IMG/VR virus record: IMGVR_UViG_3300031993_000045
Location: 1-64,000 of that record
Length of the DNA stretch: 64,000 nucleotides
Direction: 5' to 3' (one strand)
DNA from: a virus
Taxonomy: Duplodnaviria; Caudoviricetes
The notes beneath the pieces were generated by a model. That model did no database searches, had not been told where the DNA came from, and saw nothing but the letters and a program-made list of their open reading frames with translations. A program made the position numbers and the translations under genes. Positions 51,192 through 63,587 of the stretch are shown here, one piece after another (positions within the stretch are counted from its first letter, which is position 1; the number at the start of each line of letters is the position of its first letter).

Positions 51192-52712
51192 ATGAATAAC
51201 TCACTTTTAAACAATCTTCAGCTTTATCGCGGTAAGCGTTTTAGCGATCTCGTTGACGAGAATATGATTTCAAATGCACTCCTGTCTAAGCCTCATGAGG
51301 TAGCAGGTTTGCTTTCACTTGTATTTGGTACAAAGGACGATGGTGTATCAACAGCCATCGATCTCATCACTGGCGGTCTTGGTAAGACAATGGTTATCGA
51401 CAACCGCGAGTTTGAGTGGAACGTAATGATTGATTCTGATCATGCAGTTAATATTCGTTGGGCAAAGTGGAACGGTAATGAGATTACAACAAGCTCTACT
51501 TCTGCTACTCCTGGTATTAACGGTACACCAATCTACCTCGGTCTTGAGGAGAAGTGGTTCGGTCCAGGTGCAATCCTTTCATTTGACGACATTAACTTCC
51601 AGGTACGTGTTACTGGTACTCCTTATCAGGACGGTACAACTTGGGTATACGAGTGTTATGTTGCTGATGGTTTTGCTGGTTCTTATATCCCTTATCAGTA
51701 TCTTCTTCCTGGTCGTCAGGTAAGCCGTCTTGGCTCTGCATACGAGGAGTACAGCGATGAGGCAGATATCATCAACTACAACACACCATTTAAGATGCGT
51801 AATCATCTCCAGACTCTTCGTCTGAGCTACAACATCACTGGTGACGCTTATTCTACAGTACTTGCTATCGCAATCAAGGATCCTGAGACAGGCAAGAGCT
51901 CTTATCTCTGGGCTGACTATCAGTACTGGATTGCTCTTCGTGAGTGGAAGAAGCGTGAGGAGAAGGCTCTTCTTTTCTCTAAGTCAAATCGTAATGCTGA
52001 TGGTACATACGGCTTGAAGGGTACTAACGGTCGTCCAGTTCCAACAATGTCTGGTCTGTTCGAGCAGATCGCTCCAGCTAACGTACGTTATTACACAACT
52101 CTCTCTTGTGAGCTTCTCGAGGACTTCCTCTTCGATCTCTGCTACAACCTCCTCGGTACAAACGAGCGTAAGTTTATGGCTCTCACAGGTGAGATGGGTA
52201 TCCGTGAGTTCGATCGTATCCTTCGTGAGAAGGCTGCTAGCTTCCAGCTTATCGATACAACATTCGTTACTGGTTCTGGTCAGAACCTCACACTTGGTGG
52301 TCAGTTCACAACTTATAAGATGACTAACGGTATTGAGCTTTCAGTTAAGCGTTGTGCACTCTTCGACAACATGGATATGTTCCGTAAGCTTCACCCACTG
52401 ACAGGCAAACCATTGATGTCTTACACATTCCTCTTCGTTGATCTCGGTCAGCGTGACGGTCAGGCTAACATCGTTAAGGTTTGTCGTAAGGATCGTGAGT
52501 TCGTACAGTGGTGTACTGCTGGTTCAGTTGCTCCAAATGGCTACGGTAACTCTGTAAATACAGTTCGTTCTAACAGCCGTGATGGTTACCAGGTTCACTT
52601 CCTCGGTGAGGAGGGTATCATGGTTCGTAACCCACTTGCTTGTGGTATTCTCTATTGCGATGCTGACGACGCTGAGTTCTCTAACGAGTTCTCTGGCTCA
52701 AGCATGGCTTAA
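51192..52712 (+). CDS. Major capsid protein (crAss-like, HK97 fold)
   Basis: 506 aa; GSAYEEYSDEA, MRNHLQTLR, ALTGEMGIREFD; strongest codon bias; no TAG. Confidence 0.9.
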   Translation: MNNSLLNNLQLYRGKRFSDLVDENMISNALLSKPHEVAGLLSLVFGTKDDGVSTAIDLITGGLGKTMVIDNREFEWNVMIDSDHAVNIRWAKWNGNEITTSSTSATPGINGTPIYLGLEEKWFGPGAILSFDDINFQVRVTGTPYQDGTTWVYECYVADGFAGSYIPYQYLLPGRQVSRLGSAYEEYSDEADIINYNTPFKMRNHLQTLRLSYNITGDAYSTVLAIAIKDPETGKSSYLWADYQYWIALREWKKREEKALLFSKSNRNADGTYGLKGTNGRPVPTMSGLFEQIAPANVRYYTTLSCELLEDFLFDLCYNLLGTNERKFMALTGEMGIREFDRILREKAASFQLIDTTFVTGSGQNLTLGGQFTTYKMTNGIELSVKRCALFDNMDMFRKLHPLTGKPLMSYTFLFVDLGQRDGQANIVKVCRKDREFVQWCTAGSVAPNGYGNSVNTVRSNSRDGYQVHFLGEEGIMVRNPLACGILYCDADDAEFSNEFSGSSMA

Positions 52713-52740
52713 TTTAAATATAATTAAAAAGAAATAATGA

Positions 52741-52775
52741 TCGAGCCTCCTCTTCGGAGGAGGTGTTCGACATTA
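52741..52775 (+). terminator. Stable hairpin after the MCP gene
   Basis: GCCTCCTC-TTCG-GAGGAGGT; weak U tract. Confidence 0.55.
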
Positions 52776-52798
52776 CAACATACTAATTTAAAAAAATT

Positions 52799-53551
52799 AT
52801 GGTAGTTGAATTAAAGATTAAAAAGAAATAGCCTTGGGCTGGTCTGGTTAAGTATAAGGCATGTTTTGATTATATTTCACCTTACTTCACACGCTCAGGC
52901 TCTTTGTATACCGGATTAACACCTGAGGATGAGACAAAGTACGAAAAGGCTTTAGGTCTCGCAGAAGGTACATTAGCAAAGTCTAGTCCATACTGGAACA
53001 CATTCTGCGTAAAGGTTGGTTCACGTGGTGTAATTCTAGATGATTCTATTCCACGTCAGGAAATGATTGTTAAATTTTTAAGTGGTCACAAGCGTGTTGC
53101 TACTTCTCTCGATAAGCTTGATGCTGGTAAGGATTATCTTCTAATCAATCGTCAGGCTGAGGCTATTGAGCAGAATAAGATTAATAAGCTTCGTCGTGAT
53201 GCTATCAGAGAGTTCGATAAACTTTCACTTGATCAGATGCGTAAAGCATTGCGTATCATGGGCGTTAAGTCTGATACACTTTCTAATGAGCTTGTTGAGT
53301 CTACATTGTTTAATCTTGTAGATAAGCAGCCTAAGAAGTTCTTCGAGAAGTGGGTAGATAACAAGCAGAAGGAGACAGAGTTCATCCTTGAAGCAGCTAT
53401 TGCTAAAGGTATTGTTCGTAAGGATCGTACCCAGTATTATTACGGCTCTGAAATGTTTGCTGATTCACTTGACGAGGCAGTCGCATATCTCGACAGTAAA
53501 AAGAACCAAGACTTGAAGCTTTCAATTATTAACCAGATTGAGAACAAGTAA
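52799..53551 (+). CDS. Conserved crAss-like protein after the MCP, 250 aa with one TAG
   Basis: MVVELKIKKK*PWAGL in frame with track ORF 52904. Confidence 0.8.
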
Positions 53552-53568
53552 TTAAATAATGTGACGCT

Positions 53569-54282
53569 ATGACGCATGCAGATATTATAACAAAGTTTTT
53601 GATTGAATATGACAAGGCTAATATTACTTCGTCATATCCGTCGCTTACTGATTATGAAATAGCTACAGTTTTGGATAAAGCTTATTTAGCATTACTTGCC
53701 CAAAAGGTAACTGGTAATAACCCTAGACAAGTTGGATTTGAAGCTGATATTAAAGCTATTGAAGATATAAGACCTCTTATCAAGAGGGAAGAAATCTACA
53801 GAGAAGAAAACGATTTATATACTGCGTCTAACGAATATACATATACACTTCCAGACGACATGCTCTATTTTGTCGACGGTTATGTAAAGTTGTACGAGAA
53901 GAGTAGAAGTTTGGATAAAGCAGGTCACCTTGGTCAAAGTGTAATATTAATGCCTCATGTTGTAGCTCAAAAGTATAGAGCTACTTCTACTAATATGCCT
54001 TGGATAAAAGAACCAATTTTATCAATAGAAGGAAATCGTATATATCTTTTGATAGACCAGTATGCATATTCTAAATCAAAAGGCACATTAGATCTTATGC
54101 TGATCTACATACGTAAACCTAATAAGTTTATCGTTGACGGTCAGGTTGATAGAGAGTCTGATTTTGAGTTAACTGATTCTATGGCAGAAGAGCTTATAAA
54201 TTTAGCAATTCTAATGAGCCTCGAAATTGTGGAATCAACCAGACAAGAAAGTAAATCTAAAATGACAGTACTTGAATCATGA
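53569..54282 (+). CDS. Tail ring/neck protein
   Basis: Paralog of the next two genes (EI..VLDKA, YTLP.D.LY, YIRKP, EELINLA). Confidence 0.75.
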   Translation: MTHADIITKFLIEYDKANITSSYPSLTDYEIATVLDKAYLALLAQKVTGNNPRQVGFEADIKAIEDIRPLIKREEIYREENDLYTASNEYTYTLPDDMLYFVDGYVKLYEKSRSLDKAGHLGQSVILMPHVVAQKYRATSTNMPWIKEPILSIEGNRIYLLIDQYAYSKSKGTLDLMLIYIRKPNKFIVDGQVDRESDFELTDSMAEELINLAILMSLEIVESTRQESKSKMTVLES

Positions 54283-55040
54283 CACAGGACCAGACAAGAA
54301 AATTAGGAATAGAGTTTGAGCGTAGGCTTCAAACTATGTATCCACAAGCTGCTACGATTGATAAACCAGATACTGACACGATTTACTCTTTCTTAAGCGA
54401 ATATCAAACTCAGTATATTAAACAATTACTGCTTAGTGGAGATCAAATAGAAAGTGGTACTAGAATCAGTACCAAGATTGCAGATACTATTAAGCCTTTG
54501 ATCAAACACGCACATCTTACGATCCCATTTGAATATTACAAAGAATATAGTGATGTTCAGTGTAGGATGTATAAATTACCAGTTGATTATATTTCATATA
54601 TAAGATCTTCATCACTTACTGCAAGTACGTATAAGAACTTAGATTTGGATACTGAAGAACTAGAATATCTACCTAACAAAATCATTAATGAGGAAGAAGT
54701 TTCTTCAATACTGCGTAATCCATATAACAAAGGTGCCATCATAAGACATCCTTTGGTTGTACTTGAAAGTGGAGATGAACCTTACATGAAAGTATTTCAT
54801 GATAAGTATACTAATATTAATAGTATCGATTTGACATATTGTCAGTATCCGTTTGCATTTAATGTCATTAACTATGACGACAAAGACCTTGATGCAGGAG
54901 CAGTACACAGTCGCTGTCAGCTCCCTTATTCATGCTTTGATGAAATAGTCACCGGTGCAGTTCAACTGTATGTACAATATAAGACAAACGCAATACAGGC
55001 TAGACCACAACAGGAAAAGAAATAGGAGGATAATAAATGA
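54279..55040 (+). CDS. Tail ring/neck protein (terminal TAG read through)
   Basis: Reading TAG 55023 as sense moves the stop to TGA 55038, giving an ATGA overlap with the next start. Confidence 0.75.
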
Positions 55041-55729
55041 CAAGCTTAGTAATATTAGAATCTTTTGAAAGAGAGATAAACCAGTTAGATAATGAGCTTA
55101 CTAAACCTTCTACAGACGATTCTATGTTTTGGATTAACCAAGGTATAATCAAGTTTGTTAAAACTAGGTTTAACGGCGACTTTACGCATAAGACTGGTTA
55201 TGAGCAAACAGAAAAGAGAAGGAATGATCTTGATAAGTTGTTTAGAGAGGTAACCTTCGAAATGGATCAAGAACAGAAAGTAGATAAAGCTTCTTATGCT
55301 TACTATTCCGTAGTATATCCAAAAGATTTTCTGTACGCATTAAATGAGGATGTTGTAATATGTGATTTAGACGGTGCACACGAAATGGACACATGTGTAT
55401 TTGAATGTACACAAGATTCATTTATGTATCGTGTAAACAACAGTCTTACAGATTTCCATTATAGATTTCATCGTGCTAGACCAATACGTACGAGAAATCA
55501 CAACGGATGTCTGTTGCTCACAGACAAAAAGTATAACATATTAACTTATACATTAGGTTACTTAAAGTAGCCAGAAGAAATAACATTGGACGATCCTCGA
55601 AAGAATTACGATGATTTCGATGATTCGACAATGTATGAAATAATTAAGATAGCCGCTCAGATGTACTTGGAGAACAAGAAAGACGAACGCTATCAAACCA
55701 TTACCGCTGAGGTAATGTCTCAAGAATAA
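55037..55729 (+). CDS. Tail ring/neck protein, 230 aa with one TAG
   Basis: TLGYLK*PEEI...YEIIKIAAQMYLE completes the ring-protein C-terminal helix. Confidence 0.8.
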
Positions 55730-55806
55730 TAAATTTTAACGTGGAAATCCCAGCCCTTTAGGTAGGGTCTTAGTTTATAGGGAAAGTAGAAAAAATTAAT
55801 TAAATT

Positions 55807-56838
55807 ATGATTACATACGTAAATACAGTGCTCGTTGGTACGGGCGTAGGTACAATCCAGAGTTCAGCAATCGCTAGTGCAACAAATGGTCAGTATATTG
55901 TAACTGATGGTAACGGCACACTGCTTACTTCTTCTACAGCAGCTAAAGCTGAATCAATTCGTGTAGGCCTCAAGACAGCTAAGGGTGTTAAGTGGTCTAA
56001 CATTATCAAGAAGGACGACATCAAGTCTTATACTTATACTGAGTATGCTGACGAGACTGAAGATACAGTAACACTTGACTTCTCAAAGGCTGCTACAGCT
56101 GCTGCTTCTAATGCAGTACGTGTAGTTGTTCGTCTTACTTTTAAGGATCTCCCAACAAAGTATCGCAAGTGGACAGAGTCTTACGAAGTAGAGGCTCCAG
56201 CAGGTGCTTCTAAGGGTGACATCGCTGATCTTTTTGTAGCTTCAATCAACACAAAGAACGCTAAGCGTGCACGTGTAACAGCTTCTAAGAGCTCTAACAA
56301 CCTCGTTCTCACAGCTATGGCTTATGATGACGATGACGTAATCGATTCAATCAGCCCAGCTAACAAGGTACGTTTCTCAGCTAACGCTTGGTTGACAAAG
56401 CCAGAGGCTACTGGTTTTGCTTCAAAGAATAAGTATGCTGCTGCTACAATCACAAAGACAGCTGGTAATTATCCAATCGGTTCATGGAAGCTCGTTCGCG
56501 ACGCAGAGGCTCAGGGTATGGGTTACCTTGGTATTCTCAACCGCGGTGAGGGTACATATCCAATTATCAAGCCTGCTATGAACGTTGTAGAGGGCGGTAA
56601 GTATGATTCAATCACTCTCGAGTTCGAGAACATGTATCGTACAGCTGACGATCTCTTCCGCAAGACAAAGCAGACTCTTCAGATCTTCGACACATTCACA
56701 CCTGCATCAGGTGGTGATGCTCGTGCTAGCAAGCTCGCTAACATCAAGGCTATTCTCGATGCATTCGTAGGTGGTGAGCACGCTTCAGGTTACAAGCACC
56801 TTGGCACTAAGGATGCACACGACAACGTGATTGCTTAA
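55807..56838 (+). CDS. Abundant structural protein (auxiliary capsid protein-like)
   Basis: 343 aa, MCP-like codon bias, no TAG, position after the ring genes. Confidence 0.6.
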   Translation: MITYVNTVLVGTGVGTIQSSAIASATNGQYIVTDGNGTLLTSSTAAKAESIRVGLKTAKGVKWSNIIKKDDIKSYTYTEYADETEDTVTLDFSKAATAAASNAVRVVVRLTFKDLPTKYRKWTESYEVEAPAGASKGDIADLFVASINTKNAKRARVTASKSSNNLVLTAMAYDDDDVIDSISPANKVRFSANAWLTKPEATGFASKNKYAAATITKTAGNYPIGSWKLVRDAEAQGMGYLGILNRGEGTYPIIKPAMNVVEGGKYDSITLEFENMYRTADDLFRKTKQTLQIFDTFTPASGGDARASKLANIKAILDAFVGGEHASGYKHLGTKDAHDNVIA

Positions 56839-56857
56839 TTCTTAAACTAATACAGAC

Positions 56858-57511
56858 ATGGATATACGAATTGGAAATGATATACGCTTAAACGTAGCTA
56901 TATCGGATTTTAATATACTTGAAGAGGAAACTATCAAATGCGCTCATTGCTTTCTGATGAACGTAGCTGAAAAGAACCTATCATACGTAGATCCAAAATC
57001 TATCACACTCCCAAGCAAATATACATTACGTACTAGCGGAAGTCGTATATACAATGTCCTACCAATCAACGTCCAGGTTCGTCCATGTGGCGGGCCTGGA
57101 CTTTTTGGTAAAAGTCTTCGTCAATACGGAAAGCCTATATTCACACGAGTATCTGAAGATGACGGTTATATATACGGATATTTCCAAGAAATAGAACAGC
57201 TTATGCTGGGTGATTATCACCTAGTTGTAATGTTGGTTTTGGATCGCGAAAAGTACGGCATAAGCAACAAGAGACATATTGTAATAGATTACGGATACGT
57301 ATTTACTCTCACTATGGATGGAGATGTCTGTGATCCTAACGGTATTTATGTATCTCTTGCAAAGAAGAAACTCGATGCACAGTTCGTAGAGCCAGATATA
57401 CTTCTCGTTTCTGGAGAGCCTGTTAGTTATATTAATCGCAGACTTAACATAAATATAAAAGACGATGCTGCAAAGGTATTCGACTCAGACTTAATATTCA
57501 CTATAAAATAA
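56858..57511 (+). CDS. Putative structural protein
   Basis: M.IRIGNDI N-terminus; ORF track. Confidence 0.65.
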   Translation: MDIRIGNDIRLNVAISDFNILEEETIKCAHCFLMNVAEKNLSYVDPKSITLPSKYTLRTSGSRIYNVLPINVQVRPCGGPGLFGKSLRQYGKPIFTRVSEDDGYIYGYFQEIEQLMLGDYHLVVMLVLDREKYGISNKRHIVIDYGYVFTLTMDGDVCDPNGIYVSLAKKKLDAQFVEPDILLVSGEPVSYINRRLNINIKDDAAKVFDSDLIFTIK

Positions 57512-57515
57512 AATT

Positions 57516-58220
57516 ATGGAAACAGTAAAGAAAGTAACAATCAACGGCGAAACTCATCCGATTGGCGTTAATTGGGGTGATGTTGATGAGAAGCCTTCAT
57601 TTGCAGCAGTTGCCGTAAGCGGTAGCTATGACGATCTTTCTGGCAGACCTGCTCCTTACAATCTTCCAGTCGCTACAAATTCAACTTTAGGCGGAGTAAA
57701 GATTACAGAAGGCAATGGTTTGAACAATGACGAAGGTGCAGTATCAGTTAACTTGGCAACATCAACTTTGCCAGGTACCATTACGAGTACATCATTCAAG
57801 ACGCTTGACGCTCTTAATAATATCAAGATTACAGCATTCAATCCTCAAACTGGTGTTATAACAATCGGCGGTAAGAAGTGGATTCTCGAGCCATACGTAG
57901 AAGTAGGCAAAGGTACTGCTTATTATGGCGGTTCTTATGACAACCCACAGTCGCTGGGTGAAGCATTTGGTAACGTTGACCTCAACACTACATCACAATT
58001 TGATGCTAGAATCGAAACCGGTACAAACGGAGTAGAGGTATATGTTGTATGGTTCGCAGTTCCTACTACTTCAACAATCACACGAATTGAGGATAAAAAC
58101 CTTACAGTAGACTGTCTTGAAGACTTTACAATGTCAACAGAATTGATCGATGGCTATAAGGTTTACTACTACGAGTTTACAGCTCAAGCTCGTACAGAAT
58201 GGAGAGTAACAGTTAATTAA
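57516..58220 (+). CDS. Tail fibre-like protein
   Basis: AAVAVSGSYDDL and LPVATNSTLGGVK fibre motifs. Confidence 0.7.
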   Translation: METVKKVTINGETHPIGVNWGDVDEKPSFAAVAVSGSYDDLSGRPAPYNLPVATNSTLGGVKITEGNGLNNDEGAVSVNLATSTLPGTITSTSFKTLDALNNIKITAFNPQTGVITIGGKKWILEPYVEVGKGTAYYGGSYDNPQSLGEAFGNVDLNTTSQFDARIETGTNGVEVYVVWFAVPTTSTITRIEDKNLTVDCLEDFTMSTELIDGYKVYYYEFTAQARTEWRVTVN

Positions 58221-58228
58221 TATAAATT

Positions 58229-60118
58229 ATGATAACATATAGTAATTTTACAAGACAACTTGCGCCAGAGTCAGCGTCATTGAACGCATACTATGGTCCT
58301 TTTGCGAGCATTCAGGCAGGTGTTGAAGAGTGCAAAGAAAGCCTTCTTAAAACTAAGGCTGGTGCTCTTGCTGCCAAGGATGGTACTATCATGGCTGTAA
58401 AGGATCCAGAGTCAAACAAGATTACTCTGCACGTAAGAAATTCATCTTTAGGCGGTGATGTCTCTGGTTGGGAAGAGGTTGGAAAGGACATCTCTACATA
58501 CATCACACGTACTGATGGTCCTTACGACATTCTCACAGTTGTGTTCCCAGATGACGTTGAGAACCCAGTTGAGTACGAGCTTAACAAGAGAGATACATTT
58601 ACAACTACATATGGTGAGATTACGATCAGCAGTTTCACATATCCAGCAATTCCTTTGAATGGTGGTACAGTATTACCTACTATCAACTTCACTCAGAACT
58701 ATCATGAGGATCATACACGTCTTGAGGATGTTGATGGAATTGTTCCAAGATCAGATGCTTCAATTAGCTACTCTGTTGCATATACAAGCAATGCAAACAG
58801 CGCAAACGCAGGACGTACAGTAACATCTTCTGACGGTTCTGTAACAAGAGAAGGCACAAACCCTGTAGCTGGTCAGCGTTGTAAAATCGCTGATGTTACA
58901 GCAACAGTCATGTCACACGGCAAGACTGCTACAGCAACATATTCTGTTTATCAGGTTGTAGTGGCAAACAAGACATATACAGTAGCTTCAAGCTCATTGT
59001 CTTATCCTACTCTTTCAAACGCTGGTTCAGAAACAATTGAGCCTACTGTAGCCGTATCTACAAGGGAGACTATTACTTATACAGAGGGTGTAGCAAGTAC
59101 AACTTCTACAAGAAATGTCACAACATTCGGTGTAACATATGCTGCAGGTGCTGGTAACACAACTCTTGGCGATACAGTAGCTAGTCACCTCAATGTATCC
59201 AATGGTCAGATCTCTGGTATTGGCAGAGGTACTTACAGACTCTCTTCTCAGACCGATTCTGTTAAGACATCTCTCGCTACAATAACAGCTACTATTTCAG
59301 TAACAGATCCTAGAGACGGTTCTAACAATGTACTGACAGCAACTCCAAGCTATGTACTTAAACAGGATACACGTGCTCCGGAGATTATAAGTTACGACTA
59401 CAAAGCAGTTCTTACATCATTCACATACGATGGCACAATCGATGGTGATGGTGGTAGTGTAGCTGTCGACGACATTGTTTACAAGATACAACATCGTGGT
59501 AACTTCGAGGACGGTACAACAGAGACTTCTTATTCTAATGTAACAGGCATGTCTAACCTCACATTAGCTTCTGTTGACGCTAATCGTACAGTAACATATG
59601 CTGCTGTTGGTGATCTCATTTCTGGTGCTTCTGTAGATTCTGCTACAGGTACCGTTACTAGAAATGCAGTAGGTAGTGTTTCTGGTACTACAACAGTTGG
59701 TAGCATTAGAGCAACGCTTTCTACAACTATTACCGATGAGGCTAGCGGCGCAGCTAAGACAGCTACTGGTTCTCTCGCAGCTACTGTAACACAGGCTGTA
59801 AGACAGCTTTATGTATACTACGGTTCTTCTTATGATCTGCTTGCTCAGAATGCAGTATTTGATAGAACAAATAGTCGTCACATAACATCTGATAGCGAGT
59901 CATTCAGTGGTGTAAGCATCGAATCTACAACAAACTATGTAGCTTGGATCGCAGTTCCAGATGGTTGGGATATTGCTATCATCGATCCACTTGCAGGTAA
60001 CATCGTATCAGATTATAATACAAACGCAGTAACTACAACTGGTTATAAGATTTATCAGTACGAGTTCTCTGCTGCTGTAAACGTTATGTATACATTACAA
60101 CTCACTAAACAAGCATAA
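58229..60118 (+). CDS. Thr/Ser-rich Ig-like-repeat fibre protein
   Basis: Three roughly 130-aa repeats (SSFTYP/SSLSYP/TSFTYD...GTVT...ATIT). Confidence 0.7.
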   Translation: MITYSNFTRQLAPESASLNAYYGPFASIQAGVEECKESLLKTKAGALAAKDGTIMAVKDPESNKITLHVRNSSLGGDVSGWEEVGKDISTYITRTDGPYDILTVVFPDDVENPVEYELNKRDTFTTTYGEITISSFTYPAIPLNGGTVLPTINFTQNYHEDHTRLEDVDGIVPRSDASISYSVAYTSNANSANAGRTVTSSDGSVTREGTNPVAGQRCKIADVTATVMSHGKTATATYSVYQVVVANKTYTVASSSLSYPTLSNAGSETIEPTVAVSTRETITYTEGVASTTSTRNVTTFGVTYAAGAGNTTLGDTVASHLNVSNGQISGIGRGTYRLSSQTDSVKTSLATITATISVTDPRDGSNNVLTATPSYVLKQDTRAPEIISYDYKAVLTSFTYDGTIDGDGGSVAVDDIVYKIQHRGNFEDGTTETSYSNVTGMSNLTLASVDANRTVTYAAVGDLISGASVDSATGTVTRNAVGSVSGTTTVGSIRATLSTTITDEASGAAKTATGSLAATVTQAVRQLYVYYGSSYDLLAQNAVFDRTNSRHITSDSESFSGVSIESTTNYVAWIAVPDGWDIAIIDPLAGNIVSDYNTNAVTTTGYKIYQYEFSAAVNVMYTLQLTKQA

Positions 60119-60120
60119 TT

Positions 60121-63100
60121 ATGATTAATGTTGGAAATATTCAGGTAAGAGAAGGAGCAGCTATACCTAAAGCCCAACATGGTACAATGACAAAGGGTCT
60201 TGCCCCTGCTGATTACAACATTGGCATAGACCCTCTCGTTGGCCCTTGGGAAAGTCTTTCTGATCTTGAGGCTTACATGATCAGTTCAGGCAGAAAAGAC
60301 AAACAAGGCAATCCTCTCTTTATTAATGGTCAAGAGACTACGATAGTAGGCTCTGATGGTGTGCCACACAAGTACATCAGATCTAATGGTGCTTGGGCTG
60401 CTATGAACTATTCTGGTAGTGGCGGCGAAGTAAACATCGACGGTCTTACAAGACGTGTTGCAGCTCTTGAGGCAGCAGAATCTGATGAAGTACAATATGA
60501 TGAAAATCTTAATGTACATCTCGGCTCTGCTATCACAACAGATGCTTTTTAGGCAGTAGGTGGTGGTGCAGGAGTACACATTACAGGTGCAAGAGCGTTT
60601 GGTTTTGGTAGTGGTTTAGTCACTGCTTATCTTACTAGTACAGAGAATGCTAATGAATATAGCATGATGCTTCATAGCACTAGTAGTTATGCGTATATAA
60701 ACATGCACGGTGCGAATATTGCGCAAACACATGTCAACAGTTATTTGATAGCTAGTGGAGACGGCCTTCAACCAGCTGCGAAAATTCTTACCATTACATA
60801 CAATGGAGCAAACACTCCGATGACAATCACCACAGACACAGATTTAGGTGAATTGAGCTCTGCAGCATATGGTCTAGAAAATGTAGCTGGAACAAAAACA
60901 TTCTCTACAGGAATCTTTGGAAACACCGGACTTTGGTCAGTAGCTATCGGTTATGCAAACTATAACACAGCTGACTATTCTTAGATCATAGGAACAAACA
61001 ACGATAACAATAAGACGTATTCTTATTTGATCGGAACTGCAAATGTAAATACAGCAGATTATTCAACTCTTATTGGTTACAACAACAAAGCCGTTACAGG
61101 TACTTATTCAACGGTTGTGGGCACAAACAACACGCTGAATAAAACAGGATACGTGTTTGGTCAGGGCAATACTGTCGGTGCTAACAACAAAGGTGCCGTA
61201 ATTCTCGGCCATAGTAATACTGTTGATACAAACAACGGAAGCGGATTCTTGTTTGGATCACATTTGACATGTACCAGCAGTCGCGGAAGTTATTATATCG
61301 GTCAATACAATAAAGAATACATCAGTATATACGCTGCTATCGCAAACTTGTTTGCTGTAAGTATAGGTGATCAAAACAATCCTACAAACGCTTTAGAGGT
61401 TAAGGGTAATGGTGACGTATATATTTATGGCGCTGGCGGATTCACTGGAGCTAATAGTGATAGTGAGAGTGTAAAACCTATACATTCCGTGCTTGCAGCA
61501 CTTGATACAAAAGCATCTGCTGTAAGTCATGTTTCTGGAGAAGGCTATAGCATCGGTACAGGAAATAGCGCAACTGGAGAGAATGCTTTTGCTACAGGTA
61601 AAGACACTCTTGCTGCAGGCGATTATTCTAGATCTGAAGGCAGAGGTCGTAGGATTACATTAGAATTGTACGGAGACACTGCTGCTGATAGTTATGAAAT
61701 AAAACTCAGCGGAGCAGTTCCAGTAGGAATGAATCTGTTCATGGATTGCACATCTGAATATAATGAAGTTTGCAATAAGACTCTCGATGATCTCGGAGAG
61801 GTAACTGATTGCACGGAAATAACTGCAGAAATGCAGACGGATCCTAACAGTCCTTATTATGATTCACACGCTCATCAGTATGGCCCTTCTTACTACCTTG
61901 TAACTGTATCTAATTATCCACAAGCAGTAACTGCATATGATGCGTATGATGCAGAAATTTATTTGTATTATATGACAGGTGCATATGGAGATTATTCTCA
62001 CATTGAAGGAGATGGAACTGTTGCTATCAACGACTATGAGACAGTGGTTGGACAATATAACAATCCTGTAGAAGGCGCACTGTTTACTGTCGGAAGCGGA
62101 TACTCTTCATCACAACCAGAAAATGCATTTCTCGTAAGCAGTTCTGGTAATGTTTATATAAATGGTGTTGGTGGATATGAAGGAGGCGACTTTTCTTCAG
62201 CAACTCCTATAAACAATATGATCAATGTAGACACCACAAATCATACTACGATACTGGGCAATGCTCAGCAAATACGCTATGGTTTTGGTTATGGTGGTGC
62301 TACGGATACAACGATCATCGGAAATCCTACAGCGGTAAGTGGAGGATACAATGGTCTTGAAAAGGTTACATATATCGGTACAGGTGGAACACTTAGCGCT
62401 AATAATATAACAAGAGTAGGAAACGGATTTGTGACAATGACCGAAGACGACCAGTGTGTTATAGGAAACTTAGACGGAAACGGCGGTACTGGTGGTCAAA
62501 GCGGAAAGTTGGTATTATTGACAGGACCTTCTGGTGGAGCGTTCAATAATGGTCCAGGTATTCCAAATGATTCTGTTATTGCATTTAATTTAGCAAGCGC
62601 ATTGTCTGGTGGTACAAGTACTGTACAAGTGCTTGAGTATACCGAAAACAATCAAAGTAAGGTTCAGTACTTTGTAAAAGACATGGGATTTGTTGGTAGC
62701 GGAACACCGTTATACACAGATCATACCGGCAGTAATTATAACGAAACCAATCTCGACCTTAAAACGTATATAAAAATTCTTCTTACTAAAGACGAATGGG
62801 AATCTGTAAGTGCGGACAATTCTGGAGCTGTTACGATAGACTCATTATCTCCTTACAAACACTACGAAATCAGCGGTACTCACGGCTTATCAAGTATTAC
62901 AATTTCTGCGTTCGGGTATACTAGAGCTACAAGAATGCATGATTATTATATTGCGTTCACGACAGGTACTACAGCACCTACACTGACACTGCCGGTATCT
63001 CCTGCAATAAGGTGGAAAGACGGAGATGATTTGACTACAAATATATAGGCTAGTACAACATATCTGGTTCATTTCAGAGTAGCCAGTGGTTATTACGGAC

Positions 63101-63138
63101 CATAGATAATATATGCTTCGTATGAGGCGTATTCTTAA
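60121..63138 (+). CDS. Tail fibre/spike with YadA-like head repeats, 1005 aa with four TAGs
   Basis: Repeats such as AIGYAN.NTADYS.IIG and GTGNSATGENAFATG; joined at TAG 60550, 60982, 63046, 63103. Confidence 0.8.
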
Positions 63139-63155
63139 TTTAAGGGTTGATACTT

Positions 63156-63587
63156 ATGGATATATTAGTTAAACGAGTTGCAAAAAGAGAAACATATACT
63201 ATAGGCAAATTATACATAGACGGCAAATATTACTGTGATACAGTAGAAGATAAAGATCGCGGTCTTAAAGATTCTATGACTGTAGAAGATATAAAAGCTT
63301 AGAAAGTATATGGCAAAACAGCAATACCAACTGGTACGTATTCTGTTTCTTACACAATGAGTAACAAGTTCAAGAAAATGATGCCTCTGATCAACAATGT
63401 AAAAGGTTTTGAAGGCATTAGAATCCATTCAGGTAATACTGCTGACGATTCTCTTGGATGTATTATTCTTGGAGAAAACAAGGTTACAGGCAAGGTGCTT
63501 AACAGTAGAGCTACGTGCGAAAAGGTATACAAGCTAATTGAAGCTGCTGTAGGAAAAGGTGAAAAAGTCACCATACATATTCAATGA
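63156..63587 (+). CDS. DUF5675-family protein (candidate endolysin), 143 aa with one TAG
   Basis: YTIGKLYIDG...CDTVED...TAIPTGTY...GFEGIRIHSGNTADDSLGCIILG; TAG 63300 in frame. Confidence 0.85.
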
